Assembly: GCA_018221105.1 (NCBI GenBank)
Contig: JAAOYA010000008.1
Coordinates: forward strand, 128,648 to 192,647
DNA length: 64,000 nucleotides
Source: Candidatus Woesearchaeota archaeon
Lineage (GTDB): Archaea > Nanobdellota > Nanobdellia > Woesearchaeales > JAAOYA01
Direction: 5' to 3'
In this document: positions 28,241 to 40,400 of the stretch, one piece after another
How the letters are laid out: each line of letters begins with the position of its first letter
Position numbering within the stretch: the stretch's first letter is position 1
Program-made: the position numbers and the translations under genes
Notes under the pieces: generated by a model
Database searches by the model: none
The model's input: only the letters and a program-made list of their open reading frames with translations
Told to the model about the DNA's origin: nothing

Positions 28241-29191
28241 CTACTCTGTAAATACTTCCTCTAAAGGGTAAACTATTATGCCACTACCAGTTTGTATTCT
28301 AAATGGAACAATCTTTTTTTGGTGTGGCGAACCACGTAATTTTATGATTTCTAAGGCGTTAACACGAGCGCTTTTTTGTCTAATATTATAAAAAACGAAC
28401 ACTCCATCTGCTAAAAATTCTTCTACTCCACTACGACTAAATCTTGTTGTGTCTTCATCAATTTCTGATATGAAAAAACTTGTGGCACCAACGCGCTTGA
28501 ACAAATCAAATAATTGTTGTAAGTAAACTCTATAGCCTTGTTCTTTGCCAAAAAAAGCTGCTGCAACAGCTGATAAACTATCAACAACTATTCTATCTGG
28601 TTTGAAGCCTTTAGGTATTATTCCTTCAACTTCGTCTAATTCTATCATTAATTCGCCGCTAGCTTTTGCTAGTAAAGCTTCAACTGAACGATTAAGATCG
28701 AACGCATCAAACTTTTTTATTCTGAACAAATCTTTTTTTTGCAACTCTGTTGGTTTAAAACCGTAATCTTGCATGTGACTTAATAGTTTTTCTGGCTCTT
28801 CTTCAAAAGTAAGATACAAGCATTTCTCACCTTTTTTTGCCGATACGGCCAGTGTTTGCAAAGCAAAAGTTGTTTTGCCAGTTCCCGGACCGCCACATAA
28901 AAGTATCGCTGCACCTTTTGTTATCCCACGCTCTACTAAACCGTCAAAGCCAGGAATTCCTGTCTGTAAAAAAGAACCTGTTGTCTTTTGCTGTTTTGGC
29001 CTTACAACTTTTTGAGCGGAAATGATTTTTTTTGGTGCTGCTTTTTTGATAATTTTTTTAATTGTTTTCTTAACTATTTTTTTTATTATTGGCTTTGCTA
29101 ACTTTTTATTTTGCTTAGCCTTTTTCAATTTTTTAGCAGGCTGTTTGTTTTTAGAACTATTTCGCCTCTTTTTACTAGTTTTTTTTACCAT
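28241..29191 (-). CDS. KaiC/RAD55-like ATPase with Lys-rich N-terminal extension
   Basis: TGIPGFD, GGPGTGKT, RIVVDS, EEFLADGV, IIKLRG; first ~70 aa Lys-rich. Confidence 0.9.
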   Translation of the reverse strand: MVKKTSKKRRNSSKNKQPAKKLKKAKQNKKLAKPIIKKIVKKTIKKIIKKAAPKKIISAQKVVRPKQQKTTGSFLQTGIPGFDGLVERGITKGAAILLCGGPGTGKTTFALQTLAVSAKKGEKCLYLTFEEEPEKLLSHMQDYGFKPTELQKKDLFRIKKFDAFDLNRSVEALLAKASGELMIELDEVEGIIPKGFKPDRIVVDSLSAVAAAFFGKEQGYRVYLQQLFDLFKRVGATSFFISEIDEDTTRFSRSGVEEFLADGVFVFYNIRQKSARVNALEIIKLRGSPHQKKIVPFRIQTGSGIIVYPLEEVFTE

Positions 29192-29250
29192 TGCCCACCT
29201 CTTATAGTAAATTTCGTGTTTTTTCTTTATAAATGTTGCTTTAAAAAGCT

Positions 29251-32200
29251 TTATTTTAACTCGTAATAAAAGTCTACAGTATCATAACTGCCTTCTAAGT
29301 TGTCACGCAAGTTTGTTGGAAACCTTATTTCATAGTCTACAATACCATATTTTCCTTGTTTTGACTGGTTAATTTTCGTTACAAAAACAACGTCTTGCGC
29401 ACCATTATATTGTGTTCCGCCATCACCATAATCCCATAATATTCCCGTGACAAAGTTTGTGTTGTTAGTGCTCTCAACGTATGGAACGTTATTGATTGTC
29501 GCTCCAAAAACATCAAAGCTAACAGTATTTTTTGGGGCTCCGCCAACAGTGTAAGTGTAGTTTACACTGTCATTATAAGCTGTTGAGCTTAGTGCAGTGT
29601 CTAGATCTTCAAAATCGTTTTGTGCAAAAGAATCACTTATTGTTCTACTAAGCGCTTGTAACTGCGTCCAACCAATATTTCTGCCTGTTTCTAAAACATA
29701 AATATTACCTGTTATTTGTTGTGCTAACCAATCATCTATTGATTTATTGTTAAACTTTGCAAGCACTAAAGTATTATTGATTTTTCCATAAGTATAATGC
29801 CAGCTTGGCACGTTTAATACTCTATTTTGTTTATTGTTAGTCTCATCAGTCTCATCAACACTGCCATTAGTTTGTAATGGTATGTCTACTGCTACAAAAA
29901 AGTTAAAAGGTCCTGGGCCTGTAACTATCCAAGTGGTATTGACTGTGATATTTTGTTCAATGTTCAACTCGCTTATTGTTGTATTGCCATCTATTTGTAC
30001 TCCTCCAAGCTCGGGGTCTCCAAGATAGAACCCTACCTTGAAAGCTTCTGTGTTGTTGACATTTCCAATGTTTGTAATTGTCGCGTTAATACTAATATTT
30101 TGATTTTCAGTTGGACTCACATCACTAAATCGTAAACTACTAGAACGAATTACGATGTCTGGATTTGTAATGTTTAATGTATAACTTTGCAGTGCGAAAT
30201 CATTGTTTGTTGCAACGTCATAACATTGCACATTCCAATTATAGTAGCCTTCAGTTAAGTACATCCAAAAACTATTAGTTTGTTCACTATTGACAGTATT
30301 ATTTGTCTGGTTTTTCGCCCAAGTGCCATTAAAATCTCCCCACAAACTACAATTGACTAGATTGTTGTCGCTTGGCTCGTATGTAAAAGTTACAGTTCCC
30401 TTGTTCAAGTATGCTCCAAAAGTTGGCGTTACCAAATCTACTGTTGGCGGCGTAACATCTTCAGTGTATTTTAGGTAAACTTGTATGAAATTAGTACCAT
30501 AATATTTATTTGAAGCATCTCCACCACTATAATACCATCGTGCTCTAAGCTGCAATCCATCATTTATTTGTGTAACTGTTGGAAAATTATCTTGTGTTGT
30601 ATTAAAATTACATATTACAGGATCATAGCTTGGAGGAGTAGTAAGTGTCGGGCTTGTCTGCTGACATAAATTACTCCAAGTTCCGCTTGTTATATTGTAC
30701 CAGTCCATTTCATAAAACCCATCAGAGCTATCATATTCTTGATATTTTTGGTGTGTGAAGTTTATCCAGTGAATTGTTGCTCCTACTGGAATGTTAGGAT
30801 TTGTAAAATTAAAGTATGCATAATTATCACGGTCTTGACGATCAACCCAACTATGCTCTTCGTATTGCGCGTCACTAACATTTACTAGTGTCACATCACA
30901 AGTTCCTGTTTCTTGAGAGCAAAGCACTGGATAAATTTGAGGATAGAACTCGTTGATAAAAACTGTGAAATTACGTGTTTGTGAAATACCGTTATTGCCT
31001 GCAGTATCATTACATTCAATACGCCAGTCGTAAGCACCGTTTACCATGTTGTTTGCTGAAAAACTATTTATTCCTTGTGTCGCTATACTTTTTGTTTTGT
31101 TAAAAGTATCATTGATAAAGAGCGAACAATTAGTAACTACTCCAGTGTCTGTGACATTAAAGTAAAAAGTTAAATCTCCATCAACATCCTGCTCTCCTTC
31201 AATAGGTGTTGTCAAGTTAACTTCTGGAGCTATAACATCATTGACAGTTAGCGTGTGAACACTTGAATTAAAACTATAGTTTTGCGTTGTGCGATAAGTA
31301 ACATTAACAACATAGTTTCCAGGGGTGTTAAATTGTGAAATATTAATCAATGGGCTGCTACCATTAGCTATTAACGAGTCATCAACATATAATGTAATGT
31401 TGCCTTGTCCAGTGAGTAACAATCCTGTAATATTAGCCCATTGTGTTTCATTAATAATATAATTGCCATCAGTATTGTTTAAAAGTAATTGTATGCTTGC
31501 AGGAATTTTTTGCACTTGATAACTAAACTGTCCAGTAACGCCAGTATTGTCCTCGCTGTCATTTGCGTACATTTTCCAAGAATAACTGCCAGCTGCTAAA
31601 CTTCCAATGTTATAATAGTATTCACTGCTAACATTGCCACTAATCGAATAATTATCTAGTACTCCAAAAAAGTCATGCTCTATTTGGACAACATCAAGCT
31701 GGCCGTTATCAGTCCATGTAACATTAAACTGATAGCTACCCGCAGGGTCATAATTTGTTGGTGTCGTAGGATAAGTTGTAACATCGGACCATTGAGGAGC
31801 TGTAGCGTCAGCCAATGTGCTAAAAGAGTATTCTATGCTTTGATTGCTATTGCCTGCTTGGTCAGTGCTGTTGACAATGTAGTAATAAGTTGTTGAAGGC
31901 AGTAAACTACTCAAATAAATATTATGTTGTGTAACAAAAGATATATCTGTAATATTATTATTATAGACTCCGCTTTGAGTACCATAAAATACTATTGAAT
32001 CGGCGTTCTCATCAGTATCCCATGTGAGGTTAGCACTACTATCAGTTATTGAAATATTTGTAATATTTTGAATGCTTGGCGGTGTCACGTCAGCGCTTGC
32101 TAGTGTTGTAGCATTGTCTTTAGTCCAATAACCAATATTACCAACACTATCAACAGGACGCAATTGTAATTCGTACTGTGTCTCTGACGCTAGGTCTGTA

Positions 32201-34494
32201 GCATTATACGAGCTTGTAGTATTAGTGATGTTTTCTTGAAAGACTCCATCAATCCAAACTTCAATGTGTGCAAAATCATCGTCTATTGGATTGGTCCAAG
32301 TCCAATTAATCCATGTTTGCCCAACTGATTGTTCTGCTAAGTTTGTGATATTGCCTGGGGCCAAAACATCATCGACTTGTAACCAGTGAGTCTCGTGAAT
32401 ACTTGTGTAATTTTGTGTTGCAAAATATTTTAGTGTTATGTTGTAAAGTCCGTCATCATTAAACTGTGTTAGATTTTCAACACTTAGCGTATTGTTGTTG
32501 TACAAAACACCATCAACATATAATACAATGTTGCCTTCTCCGCTAACACGAATTCCTGTCATATTGACCCATTGTGTTTCATTAATTGTATAATCTCCAT
32601 CAGTACCATTTAATAATAAATTCGCTGAAGGTGTTGCTTCTGTTATAGTATAAGTTTGTACACTAGTCCAATTATTGTTTGGAACACTATCATTTGCATA
32701 AGTACGCCACTGGTAAGTTCCAACAGCAAGCGTTGTAACATCATAAAAGTATTCACTGCTAGTATTGCCTGTTACACTATAATTATTTAATGGAGCCCAA
32801 AAATTATGCTCAAATTGCACGGCGTCTACTAATTCATTATCAGTCCAGGTGGTGTTAAACTGGTGTTTTTTAGCAGACCCGTAAACTGTTGGAGTAGCAT
32901 AAAGTGTTTCAATAAGACTATAAGTTGGTGCTTGTTGATCTAAAAGGGAGTAATTTATTGTTACTTTTACAGCATCAATGTAAGAACCTGTAGCCCCTTT
33001 ACCAGTATCGGCTGATGCTATTCTAACTCCAAAATCATTAAAATTTTCTAAATCATTGCCTGTTGCAAAATATGATAAACAATCCCAATACACCCAATTT
33101 TCTATTGTTGGAGCTGACTGCCCGCTTGCACTACCCCAAGTGTTTTCTGTATAATTTCCAAGCTGCAAATTCCACGTGTTACCTTCAGTGTCCAATCCTT
33201 TAACTTCTACAGTGCACTCTACAATTTGATCCATAAAATCACTAACATCTGCAAAACTAACCCTTATTGGCGTGTTTGTATTTTTGTAAAAAGGATAGTA
33301 ATTATTGTCATCAGTTTGAATTGCTGTTAGTTCGCCGCTTGTGCATGTTGCTCCTGCTTGTTCGTTAAAGCAAGCGTCAGCATCTTTTGTTATTTCAACA
33401 TATGCTGGATCGTTTGGCGTAATATTAAAATTATAGACTTGTCCAGCAATCAAATCCATTTGTTTGACCCATAAGCCATCACAGCGTTGCTCGCTAAAAT
33501 TCCACTCTGCGCATTTGTAAAGCTCAAAACCCTTAGCTACAGCGCTAACTGTAGCACTAACAAATTCTAAACGTGTAGGATCTATCGCGTAAGCACTAAC
33601 TATTTTTGTGCTTAAACTATTAAACATTGAAGTGTTTAAGTCTTCAACTCCCAAGTCAAAACTATTGCTTATGTTTAATCCAACAAACTCAATACTTTCA
33701 ATAGTGTTAGTTGGTTGCTCAAGTGTTGCAATAATTTCTGTCACATTAGTTAATTGTGAAAAATTAACTGTTTGTTCAATATTTAAAGTTATTAGTCTAA
33801 GATTGCCGTTATGGTCTCGCAGGTAATGGCCAAAACTATTGCCATTAATTGTTTGATTGTTTGTGCTGTTTTGGTTGTCTGGGCGCACTTGTATTCTTTG
33901 CTCTTCAACTAAAGTGTTATTCTCATCTAATAATTGTATTGTGTAAGGGCCTGGTATTTGAGGATAAAATGATATTGTGTTATTAATTATTCCTAAATAT
34001 TCATAATTGCTGGCCTCGCTGTTAATAACAAGTTTTTGGCCAGGGGTTAGGTTATAAAAAGTTATTATAACCCTTTCCCCTACCAAATAACTTGTTTTGT
34101 CGGTCGCGAAATGACTATAAGGTTGAGTACTACTTGTAGCGTTTTGATTGCTTAAAACTTCAAAGATTGTACTGTTAACAAGCGAACTATTAATATCATG
34201 CAAGCTAATGGTGTATTCTCCTGCGTGGCGCGGAGTGAACAAAAACTCTGTTGAAGTTATTGAACCATAATATTGGTTTAGCCCATGACCGCTCAAGCTC
34301 AGAGAGTAAGTTGTTAAATCTGCTGACTCGTTTTCAAAAGTAGTGATTATTGAAACAAGTACAAGCTCTGATTGCGAATACTGTGTTTTATCAGTAGTTA
34401 CTGCAAGCGAATAAACTTGTGTAATACACACTAACAGAAATAGCGTGCTAATTATTAAAAACTTCCAACTTATTTTTTTGTTAACTTGCTTCAT
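29251..34494 (-). CDS. Giant secreted adhesin-like protein (1747 aa): Ig/FN3/CARDB domains plus C-terminal subunit-like domain
   Basis: Signal peptide, FN3-like segments, CARDB (DETDETNN), C-terminal WHYTYGKINNTLVL...VDFYYELK; no TM anchor. Confidence 0.8.
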   Translation of the reverse strand: MKQVNKKISWKFLIISTLFLLVCITQVYSLAVTTDKTQYSQSELVLVSIITTFENESADLTTYSLSLSGHGLNQYYGSITSTEFLFTPRHAGEYTISLHDINSSLVNSTIFEVLSNQNATSSTQPYSHFATDKTSYLVGERVIITFYNLTPGQKLVINSEASNYEYLGIINNTISFYPQIPGPYTIQLLDENNTLVEEQRIQVRPDNQNSTNNQTINGNSFGHYLRDHNGNLRLITLNIEQTVNFSQLTNVTEIIATLEQPTNTIESIEFVGLNISNSFDLGVEDLNTSMFNSLSTKIVSAYAIDPTRLEFVSATVSAVAKGFELYKCAEWNFSEQRCDGLWVKQMDLIAGQVYNFNITPNDPAYVEITKDADACFNEQAGATCTSGELTAIQTDDNNYYPFYKNTNTPIRVSFADVSDFMDQIVECTVEVKGLDTEGNTWNLQLGNYTENTWGSASGQSAPTIENWVYWDCLSYFATGNDLENFNDFGVRIASADTGKGATGSYIDAVKVTINYSLLDQQAPTYSLIETLYATPTVYGSAKKHQFNTTWTDNELVDAVQFEHNFWAPLNNYSVTGNTSSEYFYDVTTLAVGTYQWRTYANDSVPNNNWTSVQTYTITEATPSANLLLNGTDGDYTINETQWVNMTGIRVSGEGNIVLYVDGVLYNNNTLSVENLTQFNDDGLYNITLKYFATQNYTSIHETHWLQVDDVLAPGNITNLAEQSVGQTWINWTWTNPIDDDFAHIEVWIDGVFQENITNTTSSYNATDLASETQYELQLRPVDSVGNIGYWTKDNATTLASADVTPPSIQNITNISITDSSANLTWDTDENADSIVFYGTQSGVYNNNITDISFVTQHNIYLSSLLPSTTYYYIVNSTDQAGNSNQSIEYSFSTLADATAPQWSDVTTYPTTPTNYDPAGSYQFNVTWTDNGQLDVVQIEHDFFGVLDNYSISGNVSSEYYYNIGSLAAGSYSWKMYANDSEDNTGVTGQFSYQVQKIPASIQLLLNNTDGNYIINETQWANITGLLLTGQGNITLYVDDSLIANGSSPLINISQFNTPGNYVVNVTYRTTQNYSFNSSVHTLTVNDVIAPEVNLTTPIEGEQDVDGDLTFYFNVTDTGVVTNCSLFINDTFNKTKSIATQGINSFSANNMVNGAYDWRIECNDTAGNNGISQTRNFTVFINEFYPQIYPVLCSQETGTCDVTLVNVSDAQYEEHSWVDRQDRDNYAYFNFTNPNIPVGATIHWINFTHQKYQEYDSSDGFYEMDWYNITSGTWSNLCQQTSPTLTTPPSYDPVICNFNTTQDNFPTVTQINDGLQLRARWYYSGGDASNKYYGTNFIQVYLKYTEDVTPPTVDLVTPTFGAYLNKGTVTFTYEPSDNNLVNCSLWGDFNGTWAKNQTNNTVNSEQTNSFWMYLTEGYYNWNVQCYDVATNNDFALQSYTLNITNPDIVIRSSSLRFSDVSPTENQNISINATITNIGNVNNTEAFKVGFYLGDPELGGVQIDGNTTISELNIEQNITVNTTWIVTGPGPFNFFVAVDIPLQTNGSVDETDETNNKQNRVLNVPSWHYTYGKINNTLVLAKFNNKSIDDWLAQQITGNIYVLETGRNIGWTQLQALSRTISDSFAQNDFEDLDTALSSTAYNDSVNYTYTVGGAPKNTVSFDVFGATINNVPYVESTNNTNFVTGILWDYGDGGTQYNGAQDVVFVTKINQSKQGKYGIVDYEIRFPTNLRDNLEGSYDTVDFYYELK

Positions 34495-37400
34495 TTTATT
34501 TCTGCATAAAACGCTACTGTTTGAGTGTTAGGCCCTAAATATAATCGTAAGTTTGCAGGTATTTTAAACTCGAAATCATAATTTCCATATTGTCCTGTTG
34601 TATTAACATTTATTTCAGTTACAAATACCAAATCTTGTGTATTGTTGTACTGCACTCCCCCGTCACCATAATCCCATAGTATTCCTGTAACAAAATTATT
34701 GTTTATTGTACTGTTAACTATTGAAACATTTGTTATTGGATTGTTGAAAACTTCAAAAGTTTTGATATCTCGTGGTGCAAAGTTTTGAGTGTATGATGCG
34801 TTAATGCTATCACTAAAATTACTCATTAGTATTGCCTCATCGATTTCTTGCCAGTCATCAACTGCAAAGTTTTGAGTTGTACTAACCCCTATGGCTTGTA
34901 GGCTAGGCCAGTTTATTGAGCTGTCATAGTCTGTTGCATACAAGTTATCACCTGTACTGTTTAACTTGTTCCAAGCAAAAACAGAATTGTAATCTTGATC
35001 GCCAATTACTAACTCTCCACTGATATTACCTGCTACTAAATGATAACCCGCTATTGTCACTATAATTGACGCGTTATTATCTGACTCGTTAACCTCTCCA
35101 ATAGCATTTAATGGGTCTACTAAAACCCATATTGTGTTGCTGCCAATTTTTACCGTCCAATTAACACTTGTGTTGATTGTTTGAGTGCTTGTAATATTAA
35201 AGTATTGGTCGCTGCCTATTTGGTTTGGCGCTACAATAGCGTTTTCGTAAAATCTTACTAGAACGTTTTGCGCATCACTACCACCAGCATTTGTAATATT
35301 TGCGTAAAGCGTGACATTTTGACCTTCTTGAGAAAGTGTTTGATTAAACCATAGCATTGAATTATTGATGTAAAGGTTCGGGTTTGGAACACTAAAATTG
35401 TAAGTATTACTAGTGTTAGTGTTTCCAGCAATATCTGTACATGTGACGTTCCAATAGTGCAGTCCTGTATCAACGATTAATGTTTTATTCCAATAACTGT
35501 TGTTTGTTAAGTTCATAGTCTGATTTATGCTACCATCGAATGTTAAATAACAAGTCAAATTTGTTGCAAGGTTATCAGTAGCAGTAAAATTGAACAGTAC
35601 ACTTTTGTTAAAAGTTACATTACCATTTAGTGGTGTTGTCAAGTTAATGTTTGGCGGTGTCCAATCAGTGTAAAACCATCGAATTGGTGGCTGATAATAA
35701 TTATTGTATGTTCCATTATCATAACAGCCTACTGTCCAATTAAAAATCCCTTGATTAAAACCTGTTACACTAAAATTATCAATTCCTGTAATATTTTCAT
35801 CATAAGCAGTGTCATTTAATGCATCATTGATTATTAGAGAACAATTGCCAAAACCATCATTGTCACTTGCATTGTAGAAAAATGTCACGCTACTGTCATT
35901 GTACCAGTCATCATCTGGCGCTCCAAGAGTGACTGTTGGAGTAATATTTACTGTAAAACTACGAGTGTCACTAGTATTATAATTTGTTGCATTATCAACA
36001 CAAGTCACGTTCCAATAATGCACTTCATCACCAAAACCATTTAATGTTGTGTTATAATAAGTGTTATTTGCTATTGGAACATTTTCTGCTCGCACAATAT
36101 TGTCAACTGTTAAGTTACAACTCAAATAATCATCAAAATCATCAGTCACACTAAAATTAAACAATACACTATCAACAGTAAAGTTATCGCCGTTAACTGG
36201 TGTTACTAAGTTAATAGTTGGTTCTATAACATCAACGTAAAACCATTGTACTGGCGGCTGATAATAATTATTGTCAACATCATAACAACCAACAGTCCAA
36301 TTATAATATCCGCTTGCAAGGTTTTCAAAAGTGTAATAGTTCGGCAATCCCTGGTTGATAGTTGAAGTATTATAGTCTAAATTATCGTTTAAGTACATTG
36401 AACAATTACGAATAAAAAATGGGTCATAAGGAGTGTATGTAATGCTTACATTTCCAGTGTTGTTCCAATGATTGTTTGGTGGATAATCAAGGCTGACATT
36501 TGGCGGTGCGTAAATAGTAAAATTGTATGTAAAACTTGTGCCGTTAACGCCTGCTAAATCCCAACAAGTTACATTCCACACAAATTGTCCGTCATGGTAT
36601 AATTTTGTAATGTTTTGCTCTGTATCATTAAATGTTATAATGTTGTAAGGTGTTTCAACATATGCTCCTCCACCATCATCTATTGTTAAGTTACAAGTGC
36701 CGTTTGGTGCCATGTTATCAATAAAAGTCCAGTTCAAATCAACATAATTATCATACCACATGCTATCATTGGAAGGGTTTGTCAAATTGACTGTTGGCAG
36801 TGTCCAATCAATGTTTAAATTCCAAACTTCACTATAGCCTGTCACATTACCATTATCAGTGCAGCTAACACTCCAATTGTAAAATTCTTCTTGAGCAAAT
36901 ACTATATCAAAACTGTTAAAGTCTTTGTTTGCAGGTGTGCTATTTGAATCATTATACAAGTCATCAATGTATAATGTGCAATTTTGCAATGGATCATTAG
37001 CATCTACATAATAGTAAAGTGTTTGGTCAAGATAATAATCCCAAAATTCTGGTGGCGGGCTGTCAAGATTTACTGTTGGCGGCACTGTTATGTTAAACCA
37101 GTAAGTATCACTTATGTTAAAGTTTCCAGCGTCATCAATACAAGTCACACTCCAGTTATATTCGCCGTTAGTAAAGTTTCCAACTGTCCAATTAGTTGGC
37201 ACTCCATCAGGGCTAGCAATGTCTGTTTTGTTAACAATATCATTGATTGTTAAGTTACAATAAGGTGTCAGGTCTTGATCATCATCAGCTGTCCAGTTAA
37301 AGTTCACATATGAAAAGTTTACTACATTAAACGGTCCTGGAAAGTTAAGTTGCACATTAGGTTTTTGCATGTCAACATAAAATAACCGCAGCCCCGAAGA

Positions 37401-40400
37401 ACCAATACTACTATGAGTTCCATTGTCAGTACAATTAACCTGCCAAGTGTGACTTCCAGCGCCAATATAGTTAATAGTCCAACTTGTCAGTCCACCATTT
37501 GTTATATTGGCTGATGGCAAAGTATCATTAATAACTCCATCAATTATTAAATCACAACTGCTAAAACCATCATTATCTGTTGGCGTAAAAGTAAAAGTCA
37601 CGTTTTCTTGACGGTAAGCGTTTGGTGGTGGATTATTAAGCGCTACTGTTGGAGCTTGACTAACATTAAACCATGGTATTAAACTTGTGTTAGTATTGCC
37701 TGCAAAATCAACACATGTAGCATTCCAGTAATGCACTCCGTCACTGATTCCTGGCTCTGCAAAGTTAGTGTTCGCACCGTTGTTTGCATTAACATTTGTC
37801 AAGTATTGACCATCAAGCGTTATATTACAATTAATTATTGGTGCGAGATTATCTGTTGCGTTTATTGTAAAACTAACATCTCCGCTTGCAAGTTGTGATT
37901 CATTAGCAGGATTTACTAAACGAGCATTAGGCTGGGTCGTGTCAATGTATAATGTTCTAACAGTATCACTGTCATATAATCCTCCACCATCATAACATTC
38001 AACAGTCCAATTATACTGGTTATCACCAAGTGTTACACTAAAATTATTAATGTCATTGTTAGTGACATTATCACCAAAAGTAGTGTTATAAATTGAGCCA
38101 TTGATTAAAAGCGAACAATTTTGTGCTCCGTTATTATCACTGAAATTGTAATATAAAAATAGCGTGCTTTCATTGCTCCAAAAAGGGTCAGACGGATTAT
38201 ACAAGGTCACTATTGGTGGGGTGTTACTGACATTAAACCACCAAGTTGAAGTACTGTTTAAATTATTAGCTTCATCCCAACAGTTAAGGCTCCAATTATG
38301 CAATCCTTCACTAAATCCTGCAACTGTACGATTGTAAGGGTTGCCTGTTGGCACTGTCAAACCACTAGCATTGATTGAACCATCAACATATAAGTCACAC
38401 GAAGAATTAACTGCCATGTTGTCTTGTACTGTCCAATTAAAATTAATCCAGTTAAAACTAATATTCTCATCAGGCCCTGGATAATATCGCGTAACATTAG
38501 GAGGTGCAGTGTCAACGTACACTAACCATGATCCGTCATTTGCAGCACCCTCATAAAATCCGGTGTCAGTACAATTAACAGTCCAATTGTACCAACCATT
38601 AGAAAATCCTAAAGCTGTAAGATTATTGCTGCCACCATTATTTAACTCTGAAGTATTTTTTGAAGTATTAAAAGTATTATTGATATACAATGAACAATTA
38701 TTTAGTCCTGAAGCGTCATATGCATCAAAGTAAAAAGTAATGTTTGTTGTGTTAATCCAACCAGTATTTGGTGGTGCTGTTAAGTTAATGTCAGGTGCCG
38801 CAGCATCAGTTACTATTACTTGTTGTAATTGTGGTGCTAAATAATTTTCAAATCTTGAGCTTGCATAACATCGAATGTTATTTGTTGAGCCAGTACTGCC
38901 ATTCATTAGTATTGTAGCTAACGCACCACCAGTGAAATTTCCAATTAGTGCTGGATTAACTTCTCCGCCAGCAAGCACTAAATTACCAGAGGTCGTAATG
39001 TTTTGCCAAGCTGTAACCGAAGTATTGTATTGTGCGTAAATGTAAGTGTTAATACAATAGCCAAGAGTGCATGTCACGTTACAAGTGAAATTAAAAGTCT
39101 CGCCTTGTTGTACTATTACTGTATCGTTTGGTTGTGTCATATTAGCGCTTAAAGTTCCAAGCATGTAAAAATTGCTAAAATTCATCCAAGAATCAGCGTG
39201 ATCAAAAGCATGAGTAAAATCTCTTGTTTGTGATGCGTGAGTGTTTGAGATGTTTGAAAATAAAACAAGCTTTTCTGAACTTCCAATAGTAACATCACTA
39301 GAAAAAGTACAAATTTCTTCAACGTAAGTGTCATCACCTGGAACCGCGCTAGTGTCACTAGCAAAGCAATAATCTGTTCTTGCACCACTATCTGATTCTG
39401 TTAAAAAAGTCCAGTCGGTAAAAAGATTTGCTTCTGCTAGTGTAAAATAACTTCTAAAAGTTACTGTTGAACCAGAAGGTATAAATGCTCCGTTATTGCC
39501 AATGTACGGGCTTGTAGCATTTACTAAATCAACAGTTGTTCCTGATAGTAAACTGTTGTTTACTGTGTTTTGTGTTCCATCAGTTTGATTTGCTAGCGCA
39601 ATATTAGCAATTGTATAATTATAATTTATGGCCCCAGTTTCATACCATAAACCTCCCCATAATATTATTGGTGCTTGAACTGTAAGATTACGAGTTACTG
39701 AAACATTACTATTACTTGCAATATCATAGCATTCTACATACCAGTTATAAGCACCATTTGATAGCGCGTAATTAAAAGTTGTTGGAGTATCTTGTGAAAC
39801 ATCAGTCGCAGTATCTGCGTATGACCCGTTAATATATAATGAACAATTTGTTAGTGGTTGTCCAGAATTATCACTAGCATTAAAAATAAAATCTACTACA
39901 CTAGAACTCGTCCAAGTATCGCTCTCATTAGGAGTCATCAAGTTAATATTCGGGTCTTGACGGTCAAGCGTAAAAGTATAATTTGCTGGAGCCCACGAAC
40001 TACTACTATCTGTTGAATTGCACCATACATTCCAACTATATGTTCCATCAGCACTAATAGTATCATTCAAGTAAGTTGGCGTGTTATTTTGTGGACTAGT
40101 ATTAGTGTTTTTTTCGCTCCAACCACCATCATCATTGTACAATCCACAATAATCTAATGTTGAAGCAGTAAGAGATGTAAAATTAAAAAACATATTAGGG
40201 TTATTTGTGTAATCATTGTTTTCTGGCCAGTTAAGAACTACCGAAGTAGCTCCTTGTCCTGTAAAATTCCATGTTACTTCAACATTGTCGAGGGTTATTT
40301 GCGTTGTCAGATACTTTACTGAGCGTCCACTTGTTGAAAAATCAACAATTGATGCTACACGAGTGTACCAAGTACAATTGTCAGGCCAGTTACCACAGTC

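Noticed and set aside
13135..29191. Circadian KaiABC clock
   Set aside because: Both ATPases are single-domain and there is no KaiA or KaiB.
35400..38800. DNA tandem repeat or mobile element in the 2460-aa gene
   Set aside because: The repetition is at protein-domain level with diverged DNA; no terminal repeats or transposase.
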